DNA from: Balanoglossus misakiensis
Lineage: Eukaryota; Animalia; Hemichordata
Length of the DNA stretch: 64,000 nt
Direction of reading: 5' to 3'
NCBI GenBank assembly: GCA_040954595.2
Contig: CM082585.2
Coordinates: forward strand, 5,667,808-5,731,807
The notes below the pieces were generated by a model. It searched no databases, was not told where the DNA came from, and saw only the letters and a list, made by a program, of their open reading frames with translations. Shown here one piece after another: positions 51,560-64,000 of this stretch. The position numbers were made by a program, and so were the translations under genes. Position 1 is the stretch's first letter. Every line of letters begins with the position of its first letter.

Positions 51560-54500
51560 ACACGCGGAAATTGCTCTTCTTAAATGTGTATAAATACATC
51601 CACTGTGCGTAATACACGACTTTAAAATGTACATCGTCAAAACATATGTTGCCAGCAAAATCCACATATTTTTTTCTTTTGAAATGTCATTTAATTCATT
51701 GTAAAAATGATTTGATGAACTTTCCTGCACGATAAAGACATCTGTAGACAATCCACATTGCTATTTTTGAATTTTACAATCGACTGTAAAGTTGAAAAAA
51801 AATATGACGTCATGTTACTGTAACAGAAAAAAGAAAAACGGGTTTTTGAAAATATCGACAGTATTTCTTTCGGCAGGCAAGCGGCAAAATCATGTATGTG
51901 AGACTTATTATGGCATTTAAAATATTGAAGACATGTACAAATGGTGTCATTACGAGCATAGTTCAAAACGGCATGTTTAAATATGTACATAACCTGTTCC
52001 TGCATGTTAGCAAATGCTATGTTGGCAGACTTATTGCCAAATTAAATACAATGTTTGGTAATTGAATGTTGTGATTCACAACAATTGGCCAGCTGTGATA
52101 TAATAGTTGTCAAATAATGCACCATGCTAACTGTCTTTAAGAGCAAACTGTTTATTGGATTAAATGCTTTGGGTGTGGTGTTCTGGTTTTTAAAGTACAT
52201 CGACCGTTTGCTGAAGTGATGTTTGCACGATAATTTGTGACTGTATGCATTGTATGACAGACTAAGGAGCGCAAACAAATAACAAAACCAGCTGGCGTTG
52301 AAATGTATGTGTTTTTATTCACGGCCGTGTAAACATCATTACGGAGCAATCATGTGTATACCTGCCCATAGTCACGAATGAAATTGAGACTCACGTACCT
52401 AAATGAATTTTGTCTCTCTCTGTTGTTATTTTCTCTCATACATATTCGTCACGTCACAAAACTCGCGCTTTACCTAGCCGGCACGAAAATATGGCACGGA
52501 GCTTAGCGTTCTGGGGGCGAAGGACAAGCGAGTCCATGGAAAGGACGACAATCCGTTCAAAATGTCAAAGGAAATTGAGTCCGACATCATCAGCTTAAAT
52601 GCCGTGTTTGTCGTCAGATTCTTAGCGACACATTGTTTCCATGTATAAAATGGTTAGAAGTCGCATGCGTGCATATTGTGGTAGAACGACAACTCCATAA
52701 TCGCCTGTGGTGGATAAAGATTTCTAAGCTGTCAATTTTGAATTTTAGTGCAGTAAATAGATTTTTCTGCTGACAGATAATAATTTCAGCACACAGAGAT
52801 TTAACCTTGCGAACTCTATTCATTTGGACATTAGTGTGCGGGAGTAATCAATCGAATTAGAATGGTATTGAAAAAGAATTGACGTTGCTTTATTGCGGTC
52901 ATGTCTCATCAAAATGTACCAGGAAGTTTTTATAGTAAAATAATAAGTTTTTTATGTATTGTTTATAAAAACATGTTACGAAGAGACATTCTTGTAAGTC
53001 TCGTCCATGAGAATGATTGTATTTATAACACTTTATCGAACTGCACACATATTGCTGCAATACGCTTGTTTTACTTCTAAAATCAAACTAATCTGGGACT
53101 ATTTTAAAACGGCGAAAAACATACATCATATCAGGTTTAAATATTTAAAGTTTTCTACCTCCAATATGACCTCCATTTCTTCATTCGCATGACATTATAA
53201 TATACATGTATTCAATATACAGAGAGAATTCAAAGTAAACATACTTGAATACGGCTATTTTTGTCGTTTGTGGACGTCATAATTGCCTACCACCAATTTT
53301 CTTAATTGCGTTTAGAATAACCTCACGATACTGTGCAAGGCCACCGTGACCGGGTAGAGGACAGCATATTGACCTTGGTGTTCAATTAACTGGCCAATGC
53401 TCAATGGTGTCACGCCAGCTCAAAGATACTGTGTTTGTGGATGCGATGTTTATAATTCTCTCAGGATTAAGCAGTTTAAAGGAATAAGCATCTTTATGGC
53501 GATATATTATACCCATAACGTTGGCTTCGCTTGCTGCATATACAGACCAAACGAACAACTTGTATCTTTAACATTATGACGTCATAATGTGTGATGGGTA
53601 CCATAAATTACGTGTATGCACCTAAACGAAAATCTTCTATTACAGCGAGTGGAAACCTACACTGAAGACTCGGCCATGTTCATGGACGAGAATCTGCTGT
53701 CGTCTGGTGTATTTCTGCACAATACCAAGTATGGACTGCGCATAATCAGGACTCGCCTAACGGAAACTACTAATGGCGCAATTTCCCCCTCAAATCCTTT
53801 ATTTGACAGTGCAGAAATTTATTCACTTCCGAACACCTGTCGTCTCCCCGCCTACAATGTCCAGGGTTCCTGGAGTTAGTCAAAATATCTGAGATTCCGG
53901 TGTAGACTTGCGGCTGGAGATTTCCGACCGACAATGATGGTAGTGCAACAAATTCTTTACAGTGATAATTTTCCCGCGAGTTTTGCGAATTAAGATGGCG
54001 GTGCATGTTACGTGCGCCATTTTCAGTACGTCTCATCAAAACAACGTTTCTATGCATTCCCGAGAGAAAAGAGTACCCGCACAGTTTCTTCTTCTAAAGG
54101 AACGCACGGATTTTTTTAGTCGTGGGCACTGCGAGTTGTCTGACTTCTATTCATCGCCCGAGTGGTATCGCCATGACCACACCCTTTTAATACTCAGTAC
54201 AAAGGACCCCGCGTTCGGGACCACACTTAGGATCAATATAAAATGTAGTTCTCTTTATCGCTGAAAAAGCAGTCACTTCTACTTTTAAGCCGCCATTCTG
54301 ACATTCCTGTTAACGCACCCACTTTTTCGTGTAAATTTGTTTATCCCCGGATCAAAATAGGCATGAGTTCACGGGTGACGTCAACTGTTTCGGGAGCCGG
54401 GGACAGTAGACGGTCTTGTCTGTAAATGTCAACCATATAAAGAGACTCCGCAAAGATTTATGGCACCGTCGCAAATAAGCGATGTCCTGAGCGTGCGAGT

Positions 54501-57500
54501 TGGGATCGAAACAGTGGTCGATCTAAGCGTAGTCATTGTCTATCACTGAACATTTCTTGTCTGTCTGTCTGTCTGTCTGACTGTCTGTCTTAAATGACTT
54601 ATTTGCATAAAATTAATTTAAGTTTTTCACTGAGCACTATAGAGGTACTGCACCAAATTGGCCCACGCGTATGAAATATAGCTTTTCGCATAAATGCATA
54701 TGTATTAAGACATTTTTTGTTTCTTATCAATAACAGCAAATTTACGTATCAATGGCAAAACATTGCGATTTGTAATTTTATTCTCAGTATTAACGTCCTT
54801 GATGTTCATTGTGAAAAGAGAAATTTCAATAAAAGTGTTAGCAAACCAAGAATAAGGATCAACGGGAAATTTCAGGAAAGTTGCGTACGAGGAAATAAGT
54901 AACAAGACACCAAAGATCCAGGTGGAAGTGAGTTGCGCGCTCGTGTCAGCGACCACTTCGTTTAGAGTATAAACACCCGGAACAATCTGTGGCATCGGGT
55001 TACTCCATAACGGTCCACTGGGTCGCCACAAATATTCGGGAGCTGTGTTTGTTTGCGCTTCACCTGGCTCTCCATTTCGCATCCACACCGCTGGAGAAAT
55101 ACCACACCGAATTACCTTTCAGGCGAGAAGCGTGAAACGTGAATGGGCATGCATGGCGACTTTAAAACACCCCTTTGCGGACACGCCATACATTCTGTTA
55201 CCGGATACGTTTTGTAATTGCCAATTCTATAGCCTTGCAAGCTCCATGCCGTAACTTGCAATGTTACTGTAACAGTATTAAGCTGAAATGTGCATGTACA
55301 CATAATTCATTGTACATGTATACCAGAAACCAAACCTAGGAAAATCACACATTTAAGTGTCTGTCTGTCTGTCTGTGTTTGTAAGTCAGTCTGTCCCGCT
55401 ATGTGCACTACGTAATACGATAGTTATTTTGGTACGGACAACAGGTGTAGACCTGAACATTTACTCCACAGTTTCGCTGTTTATTTTTACATCTTGCTTG
55501 CTGAATAAATTGGATTTATTGCATGCCTGTATTTGTCTCCTATAATTCGAAATGGGTTGGGTGTGCCCAATCCAAAAGTTATTTTTGTCGAATTGTGCAA
55601 ATTCGAGCTCAAAAAGTCAAGGGTCGACATGTTTAATAGAAATACTGAGAAACAGTTTTTCACATTTTTGTATAATTATTATTAAACTGCCCATAATACC
55701 AACCATCCATGTCAATGATTTTTAATAAGTTGATGGAAATTAAATAAAAGACCTTTGTAATGGATAATTATGTTTGTCATTGCAAATTATAACAAATTTG
55801 AGTTGATTATTTTGCGTGGAGCGCGCGGGCATAGAAAGTACTGGCACCAACGATGTAGAGGAGCTGGCAGGTGGCTCGCTGAGAACAGTCAAACCTGGAA
55901 AAAATGTGGAAAGAAGGGGGGGGGTCGAGAAACTGGTGTGGTAATATTTAAGGCGGGAATCGTCCACTGAAACTGAGCGCTGTTTGTGACGATTGTCGTC
56001 TGCGTGACAGGTCGAAAAGTGAGAGCAGTCACAATGCAGCTCTGCGCGAGTGAGTGACGCGGCCTCGAACGGGGATGAACTCTGTGAGTCGAGCGCTGTG
56101 TAAATACCGCCAGATACTCGAATGAACGTTAGCAAAAGCAGGGCTTGGCAAACCCAATAGAAAAAGCGGAACCAGTTTGTCAAATATTGATCATATACAT
56201 GTACGCAGGAGGTTGAATTCACTGGCTTTTGGACAAAACATTCTCAGGCTGGTGACGCAGCACACAGTGAATAGAAGTGTATCACCCATGTGTATTGAAC
56301 AAACGATGCCTAGCCTAGCCCGCAGTCGTTTACAGAAAAGTTCACCCACAAAGACACCGGGCAGACCAACATAAACGTTCACAGGGAGTCGACGTTCTCG
56401 AAAAGGGCCTATTATGTTTTGACATGACTCTCGACTGTGCACCGTTTGTTGTTGTTTGTAAACAACACGGCGCACCCAACTTTGAATACAGTATGCGTAA
56501 TGGCTGTTCCGAGCCGCGTGACACGAGCAATACAAACAGCTATCCTAACACTCTAATGAAAAATTCACGATGAAATCGAGTCGTGAAAGCCGATGACAAG
56601 CATTCTAATCGTCGAACAGTTGGGTTATCCAAGCTGGAACCCATTGTTCTGTTAGTATACATATACATTATACTCGTCACGATAGTGATTTCATCGACCG
56701 TGGCTGGCCACAGTTATTTTAACCGTATTATATCCATTTAGAGTAAAACTACACCAATTTATAAAGATCAACGGCAACAGCGTCATTGACCGACCGATAA
56801 TTATATATTGGGTGCTCGATACTATATTTTAAATGATTTCATTTCATTTCACACAGTATATTAATGTCTGTGCATCGATGTACATGTACATCCATATATT
56901 ATTTTTAATAATACAGTACATCAAAGCACGTGATTATATTTTTTTCAGGCCATGGTATATGTTGATATCACTCACCTTCGATTTGGTTCGTCTGTGTGCA
57001 CAGTATACATACATTGGTGATTAAAAACGGAATTACATGTTGTAGCCTCATTATGTCTGGTTATGCTTGGACGGCATGGGACGGGTCCGTTACGACGTGA
57101 ACTTGGAGTTGGTTTGGGGGCACCGGCTGCCTTTGGACAGTATAAAACTCGTCTGCGTTACGGGATGGGAGGTAGGGGGTCGCGGGGACGGTCAAAACGC
57201 ACGGCGGAGGATAAGAACGGTATTTTCCTGTTCGTCATAGCATGGCCCACGCTGCAACTGGAAGTGAAGTGCTGTTTCATGTAAGCGAGTCCCCGCTCGC
57301 TCTGTGCAAGACCAACGCACCGCACCAGTTGAACATTCAAATGCCGCCTTTTGTTATGTCGCCACAACACCACCGCCAGCGCTTTTAATGCTAATACACA
57401 CCAGGTCACTCAGGTCAGCGTGTCGTCGTCACTGTATCGACTGCGCACAAGCGGCACATCCCTCCGGTCGAGACCACGAACAGTCAGACTGGGATATATT

Positions 57501-57773
57501 CACTGAGAGGAATGACCTCATCGACAACCTGTTGATGGGCGTCGGCCGCAACCGTTAATTATGTCGCGAGAGTTGCGTGTTAGCACAAGAGCGCCGCATA
57601 TGCTCGATCACATTTTCCATCTATTTGAAGCGTTGTAATATTTTTGTTTGATTTAAACAGGGCACTGTCTCTTCATATATAAGACAACTTCCCTTTGCAC
57701 ATATTCCTGTTATGTAATTCGGCTTCAAATTCTTAATGTACCAGCATTGATCACATATAGGAATTTCTTTTTA

Positions 57774-57809
<36 letters not shown>

Positions 57810-58074
57810 TTTTTTTTTTGGGGGGGGGGTGACATGCTTGTCCTGGATGCATGAAAAAATAACATTATTTGAGAACGGTTTACACTACACACCGTGTAAA
57901 TGTACTATAGTGTTCTTCTGTTCCGCGTGGGACCTGTATATAGCATTAATAAAAACTCAATACAATGGAGACGATGCTACCGCTGGTAATATGATGGCAT
58001 TTTTATGTGAAATACATCTTAAAAAACGCGAGCAATTTTCAAGCTGAAACGAGACGAAAGCCGGACGGGAACAT

Positions 58075-58075
58075 T

Positions 58076-58163
<88 letters not shown>
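58075..58163. repeat. (ACA)n microsatellite
   Basis: Trinucleotide run. Confidence 0.97.
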
Positions 58164-59016
58164 GGACGACGACTGTTTTTTTTAACAGTGACGTTAAAGC
58201 AGAGCTATTTTTAAATCAGTAAACGTCAACGCAACCCGCAATTTTCTTGTTTACGATGCAACAAATACGAACGCAATTCCGGCAACGATCATAGCTTACA
58301 TCCCTTTAAAGGCCTATGAACTTGACCTCTCTTAAAATATACTGACCTTAAATGTCCACTTTTCCTTAATAGTTTTTAAAATTATGCCTGCATGTATTAC
58401 ATAATTACTCAAAGTTGCTAGCTTCTGGCAGGTTGCTGAATACATAATTTCACATGCAATAAAATCGTGTCAGAATCTGTGTATGATATTAACTGCACCA
58501 TATATAGCCGCCTTGACGGACCATGAATTCATCCAATTATACGATGATTCATAATACTGCTGGTCGGTGCCCTGTGAAGAAATCACATATGGACGGCGTT
58601 ACAAATTACAAAAGATTGTGTCAGCAGTAGTGTTGAGGGCGCACTGTAACAAAACTCATCCTGGTGTACCCAGACACGGGGGGTACGCACGCAGGCAAGT
58701 GTACGATACGTTTTTGACAGTGAGTTGTCAATGTTTTCACCGTTGTGAGGGGATGTTTATCAATCATCCACTAATTGTTAGCACTTATGCAGAGAACCTT
58801 CACGCGTTATTAAGAGCTAATGCAACATGGCACCCTTTCGGGGGAAGTAGAAAATGTACAGTATATCGATTGAAAGAGGGCATGAAAGAAATGCGTTTTA
58901 TCGCATATGGGTTTGTGACGCAAACATTTTTCCATTCACCGAGGTCCACGTACTCGTAGCCATGTTCGTCTGTATGACGTTTTGTGTTCAAGTCTTTTCT
59001 AATTTTCATTTATTTT

Positions 59017-60058
59017 TTGGTCTCCGAGGAGACTTCAAAAATTGCTGCAGCCGACGGTATTTCACGTCGTCAGAGCGGGGTATTGGTGGTAAGTTTTCAA
59101 CTAGCAATAATCACGCCTCGGATAGACCTCATTGGCTATGATATCGCCTCTGCGCAAAGATAATTAATGAGTGTGCGCGGAATGCGTCTATGTCAAAGGC
59201 ACCATAACTTTATGTGCAGTTGGGTTGCAGAAAACTGTATAGTGGATGCAATGTATACAACGTTATACATTGATATGCAAATAGTTAGTATGCAAAAACG
59301 CCCTCTACCAATTCCAAACCCTGAAATTTTGTTTGTTTGTTTGGTTGTCTGGCTATCTGTCTGTCGGTATGTCTGTACGTTTAGGTCAATAGTCAGAAAA
59401 ATCAATATCAATGATAAACTTTGAATACATATATTGTGGAATTCTATAGGTATACTATTTTTCACGCAATTACGACCAAGAGATATGTACTACTTTATAA
59501 TCAGTAGTATTGCTAAGTTTTGGCGTACACATATTATTGGCGCACACCCCAAAATATGGCCGCCAGTGCACAGCTAATTGCTTGGTCGCGCGTCGTTTTC
59601 CCTTCGTATTGTGTGTGGTAAATGGCAAATGTGAAAGAGAAAAATATTCTAAGACTGTAAATGGACACGTATTCAGTGAAATCTCCTGTATATCAAGTCA
59701 TGTAAGAATGGTCGTTTGGTCAATCGCGTCTTGTAAATCACTCACTGGAAATTTCGGATGCCGCAGTTTGCTTAGAAAGGAGAAAAAACAAAATGTCCAT
59801 GATATACCTGTTAATAAATTATAAACTTTTGCCTATTTTTCCATTTAAGATATTGGTCTCCGAGAAGACCTCAAAAATTGCTGCAGCCGACGATATTTCA
59901 CGTCGTCAGAGCGGGGTATTGGTGGTAAGTTTTCAACTAGCAATAATCACGCCTCGGTTAGACCTCATTGGCTATGATATCGCCTCTGCGCAAAGATAAC
60001 TACTGAGAGTGCGCGGAATGCGCCTATGTCAAAGGCACCATAACTTTATGTGCAGTTG
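59017..60058. repeat. Local direct duplication of ~205 bp (59017-59222 and 59853-60058)
   Basis: ttggtctccgag..aaaaattgctgcagccgacg..caccataactttatgtgcagttg occurs twice with few substitutions. Confidence 0.9.
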
Positions 60059-60313
60059 AGAATTCGTGGCTGTTCTAGATACAACGTCTACGTCATTGAT
60101 ATGCTAATTTTCATTGCAACGCTCCATTTTGAATTAATTATTTTTCTTTTTTCTATTTGCGAGATCAAATAGGGAAAAGGTCAAACTCACATGGTATTGG
60201 ATACAAAAACACCTGTTGACGCCGTGCTATGCTGTCGAACTACTGACGTGACTCTGTCCTGTTTGTACAATTCTTTTACATCCGGGACCTCAAGTTTTCA
60301 ACTGCTCATGTAG

Positions 60314-60739
60314 TAGTCTCGGTTACCCAGAGCCCTCTGCTTCTTCCGTTAGGCACTCCAGAAAGAGGGTCTGGGGAAACCCGGTAGACTAACCGTCAGG
60401 CGGAATCGGGACAGCTGCGATGCATGACGGGAGATTAATATTCCAAAATGGCGACGTCCTGCGCGCGAACCCACGGCCGACATGTATGACATACGATAAA
60501 GAAAACATGCTGAGAAGTGCTAGACCTGCTAAAACTGTATACAAATTGAAAAGAGAGAGAGAAGTTCGGTAAATAGTTTTCTAATATCGACATATCATAA
60601 TATCGTATCGAATATTAATCTCCCGTCATGCATCGCAGCTGTCCCGATTCCGCCTGGCGGTTAGTCTACCGGGTTTCCCCAGACCCTCTTTCTGGAGTGC
60701 CTAACGGAAGAAGCAGAGGGCTCTGGGTAACCGAGACTA
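60314..60739. mobile_element. Young foldback non-autonomous DNA transposon, 130-bp terminal inverted repeats, 9-bp TSD
   Basis: Arms 60314-60443 and 60610-60739 (1 mismatch seen); TSD CTCATGTAG at 60305-60313 and 60740-60748; TAGTCT..AGACTA ends. Confidence 0.93.
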
Positions 60740-62362
60740 CTCATGTAGGTGCATATCTTTTGACCCCTTGACCTCAGCAAAAGACAATAGGGAAATAGTC
60801 CATTGATAATGCAGGCTGAAATTTTAGATGGCTCGTAGGAATCAATACACTCAGACTTATACTTAATTCAAGGAAAAACCTCTTTGCTATTATCGTGAGT
60901 CTAACTTCTAAGAAAATAAAAGAGAACAGCCCAAATTTTATTGGACCATTTAATTAGTTTCGCTGAGGTTTGGTTACAGCGAAAAACTTATCCCTTTAAA
61001 GCCCCAATAGCTTCCACTTTTACCATATTTTTAGTCGATAAAATCCTTCAATCTGCTCCTTATCCTTAGTCGAAAAATGACACTATTTTGACTTTGTGGG
61101 GATTTTAATACCAGTGTGCGCATACCACGATAGTTTTGTACTCTTGTAATTGTGAACTGAAAAAAATGGGTGTGGCACCCGTTTATTATTCACCTCGTTC
61201 ACATTTAAATGTACAGCCAAAACTCAGAGGTTGATAAAATGGTTGTGTATACGCATGACATGGACGATTCTAAGCTCGAAAGGAAATTGACATCTCTTTG
61301 GGTTTTAAAAGATGTGGTCACATCGATTTTCCATGTCAGCGTGTACGTGTGTTCCTTTCATCAGTTTATGAAGAGCGTGTCGAACACTGACGTATGCTTA
61401 CATTGTTTCCAAATTTGCCCGGGGGCTTAAACTTTAACCCGTCAAGGTCACCTTCCGTCCTGATAACACAGCTTCAATATTGATATTGTTTCATTTGTAT
61501 AGGGGCAAGACAAGACAAGTTTCCTAATCTACCAAAATTTATCTTTCACTGCTGTAGTTCTATTGTTTTTTTCTGAAGGGAAAATTTCACAAGTTCTATG
61601 GGCCTAAACCCAGACAACCGCAAGACTTAAATCACAGTGAGTATATCACTGTGACGGGCGTGTCTGTCAACGCCATTTTATGGCCGACCATTTACAACGG
61701 GGCAATCAAATACAAGTTACGCGGGACATATCGTATATGATCGTTCGGATTGTCGTTATGTACACGACATTGCGAAACACGCGATTTTAGTGCACACGTT
61801 GTACACAGAGTGAGGTCTTACAGTACCCCCTTCCCCATCACGAATGATCACACGTTCCATCCATCCACAGACAGTAGAATCGAGACTCGCTCAATGCTTC
61901 TACTTTAGACTATGCTACACATAGCCGAAAGTCAGTTAGCAGACCGGTGATATATCATTTTAAAGACTGTCGTCATCTATGTACGGAAATCAAGGATTTC
62001 GCTGAAATCGAACCGATTTCCCCGACCAATATTATACCACACTGACTTCAGAAAAGACCGTTCTGGTTGCCAAATTCGTGTTGGTGTGCGACATGGCGCG
62101 CCGCCAGGCGACGGGGAACCAACAATGAATATGATTTCTCGTGTGACGCCCACTACATTGCAATTCAAGTCTGCCAATTTATCAACGTTTCAGGGTTATG
62201 TTTATCCAAGAAATTATCACTAATGGAATTTTTTTGTTTCAGAGAGATAGAGGCGATAATGCCCCTACCAAAAACCTTGGTGGATATATCTTTCGTGATC
62301 TAATAAACTTTAAAAGGTTGTGTTACCATTGATACGACTAGCACAATCGCTACTCTTTTTGT

Positions 62363-62398
62363 TATGGTGGTGGTGGTGGTGGTGATGATGATGATGAC

Positions 62399-62456
<58 letters not shown>
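62363..62456. repeat. (GGT)n/(GAT)n microsatellite
   Basis: Compound trinucleotide run. Confidence 0.96.
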
Positions 62457-64000
62457 CGTTATATTATTCTATTTTCAATTGTATTATATTTAATAACGTA
62501 ATGCGCTCTATAAGAAATAAAATAATTTTAACATCACGCTCACGTGAATTGCTGGTACCAATGTCTCGGTTATCAAACCAAAACCAAAATCAAACCATGT
62601 CCAAGTGATTTCCTTTGTGTATAGTAACCTTACCCCGAGATGACACGGTTGGCGGTATATCAAATTTTCTCCCACTGCCAAATGAGGTATAGGCCAATCG
62701 AATACTGCGTGCTGTCCGGCCATTGTAAACATCTGACCCTCGCACGCGTACAAATTCCATTTAAATTTCCAAAGGTGATTTATGTTGGCTGTGCGTATCG
62801 GGCAGGTACCTGTTCGCCCCATAAGTTGGCATGCACCCAGAAGGCAGCGTCATAATTGACCCCAGAGCATCAGTAAAACCATACAAGTTTCGAAAACTCC
62901 GCTGCACTCTGTGCACTGAGTGAGTCATATTGTTCCGGGTTTTAAAGGCAGACGCCAGTGTAAATATCTGTAGTTTTAGTGCGGGCAGCAGGGAGTGTCA
63001 GAGGACAAAGTTGGGCAAGTCACGCTCGCGCTGCGGACCAACGCGCTTGGTTTTATCTGCGACGCGATCAAAGGGTGCAGTTTCGTGGGAGTGACCACGG
63101 TGCATGTGTGCGTCCACCCCATAAGGTGACGGCGGTCAGACTTCCGAGGTATTTGCTCACTCAACGTCGGTATCAACTCGGCCCACGACTCCTGGTGAAG
63201 TCCACTTTTATTACACCAGAGCTGAACGAGTGACCAAAGAACGCGTTGACTTAATAACAGACTTTTGAACTGACTGTAAAAGTCTGGACGGTCCATATTA
63301 CTGAACACGCGTTGAACGGGTTTCAACGTTTCCCCCATCGGAATACTTCAGCGACAAGGACGTATCATTTCTAACAACAACTTTGGGCGGTGATCGGAAC
63401 GTCGTGCGTTCCCAACCGTGAGGTAAGTTCAGCCATGCGTTTCTATATCTAAGTCAACAAAACGCTGACAAGACTCGGCAACTCAAGTTCGGCTTCGACA
63501 TGGCAACTTCAGCCAATTCCTAAGGTCAACCCAAATCCATTGTTAGATACAGGTTTAGGTGGAACTCAATAAATTAAACGCAAAACAGGTCTTGTTGAAT
63601 GTCAACTACATGTACTTCATAAAGGGTGTGTTCTGTTTGTCGAAATCACCGTGTAGTGTTTAAAATTCCACTGCCGGTATTTAGCACATTGCTTAGCCGC
63701 TGCAGGTCAACGGAATTCCCCCTCCCTGTAAACACACCGGTTCACTGCAAAATGTTAATTGTTTAGTACGAACTGATATCTGTAATCAACGCCAAAAATA
63801 AATATTCCCTGACCCACATTGCTTGTCACGTTTACCCACCAAATCGTCCATAGACAGCATTCTCCCGTAGCTATGAACTGATAGCATGTAAGAGCCCAGG
63901 TCAAACCATCCAGCTGATTTCGAAAAAAAGATGTAATTTCAGACGCAAAATTTCATACTGTTATCAATTTCGGATTGTTTTTGTTGACGTCCCTCATGGA

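Noticed and set aside
51157-51751. MYVC/YIHT-repeat ORFs (and similar ones at 5165, 8063, 13102, 31218, 39191)
   Set aside because: Translations of microsatellites. No CRISPR-like repeat-spacer array was seen anywhere in the window.
50214-52540. Candidate first/signal-peptide exons for the receptor (donors near 50214, 50464 and 52473)
   Set aside because: None gives both the required phase 1 and a convincing hydrophobic signal peptide with a strong donor; left unresolved.

Overview
Intron-rich, AT-rich animal genomic DNA, not prokaryotic. It is probably from a marine invertebrate deuterostome; an acorn-worm (hemichordate) origin is an unproven guess from the repeat landscape and gene content. 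I assembled seven spliced genes by hand with phase-consistent splice sites: (1) a two-exon, bacterial-type tryptophanase (TnaA-like, +); (2) about 4.9 kb downstream on the same strand, a four-exon, soluble, cysteine-free deiodinase-like selenoprotein with an in-frame UGA and a 3'UTR SECIS, which the ORF track splits into fragments; (3-5) three tandem PLAT/LH2-only paralogues (-); (6) a DOK/IRS-like PH-PTB adaptor (-); (7) an LRP-like mosaic membrane receptor (-) whose 5' end is unresolved. The window also holds MITEs, a Penelope-like remnant, local duplications and microsatellites. The best candidate for a new system is the tryptophanase plus Sec-dehalogenase-like pair, which could be an animal (halo)indole metabolism module. 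That link is inference from adjacency and chemistry only.
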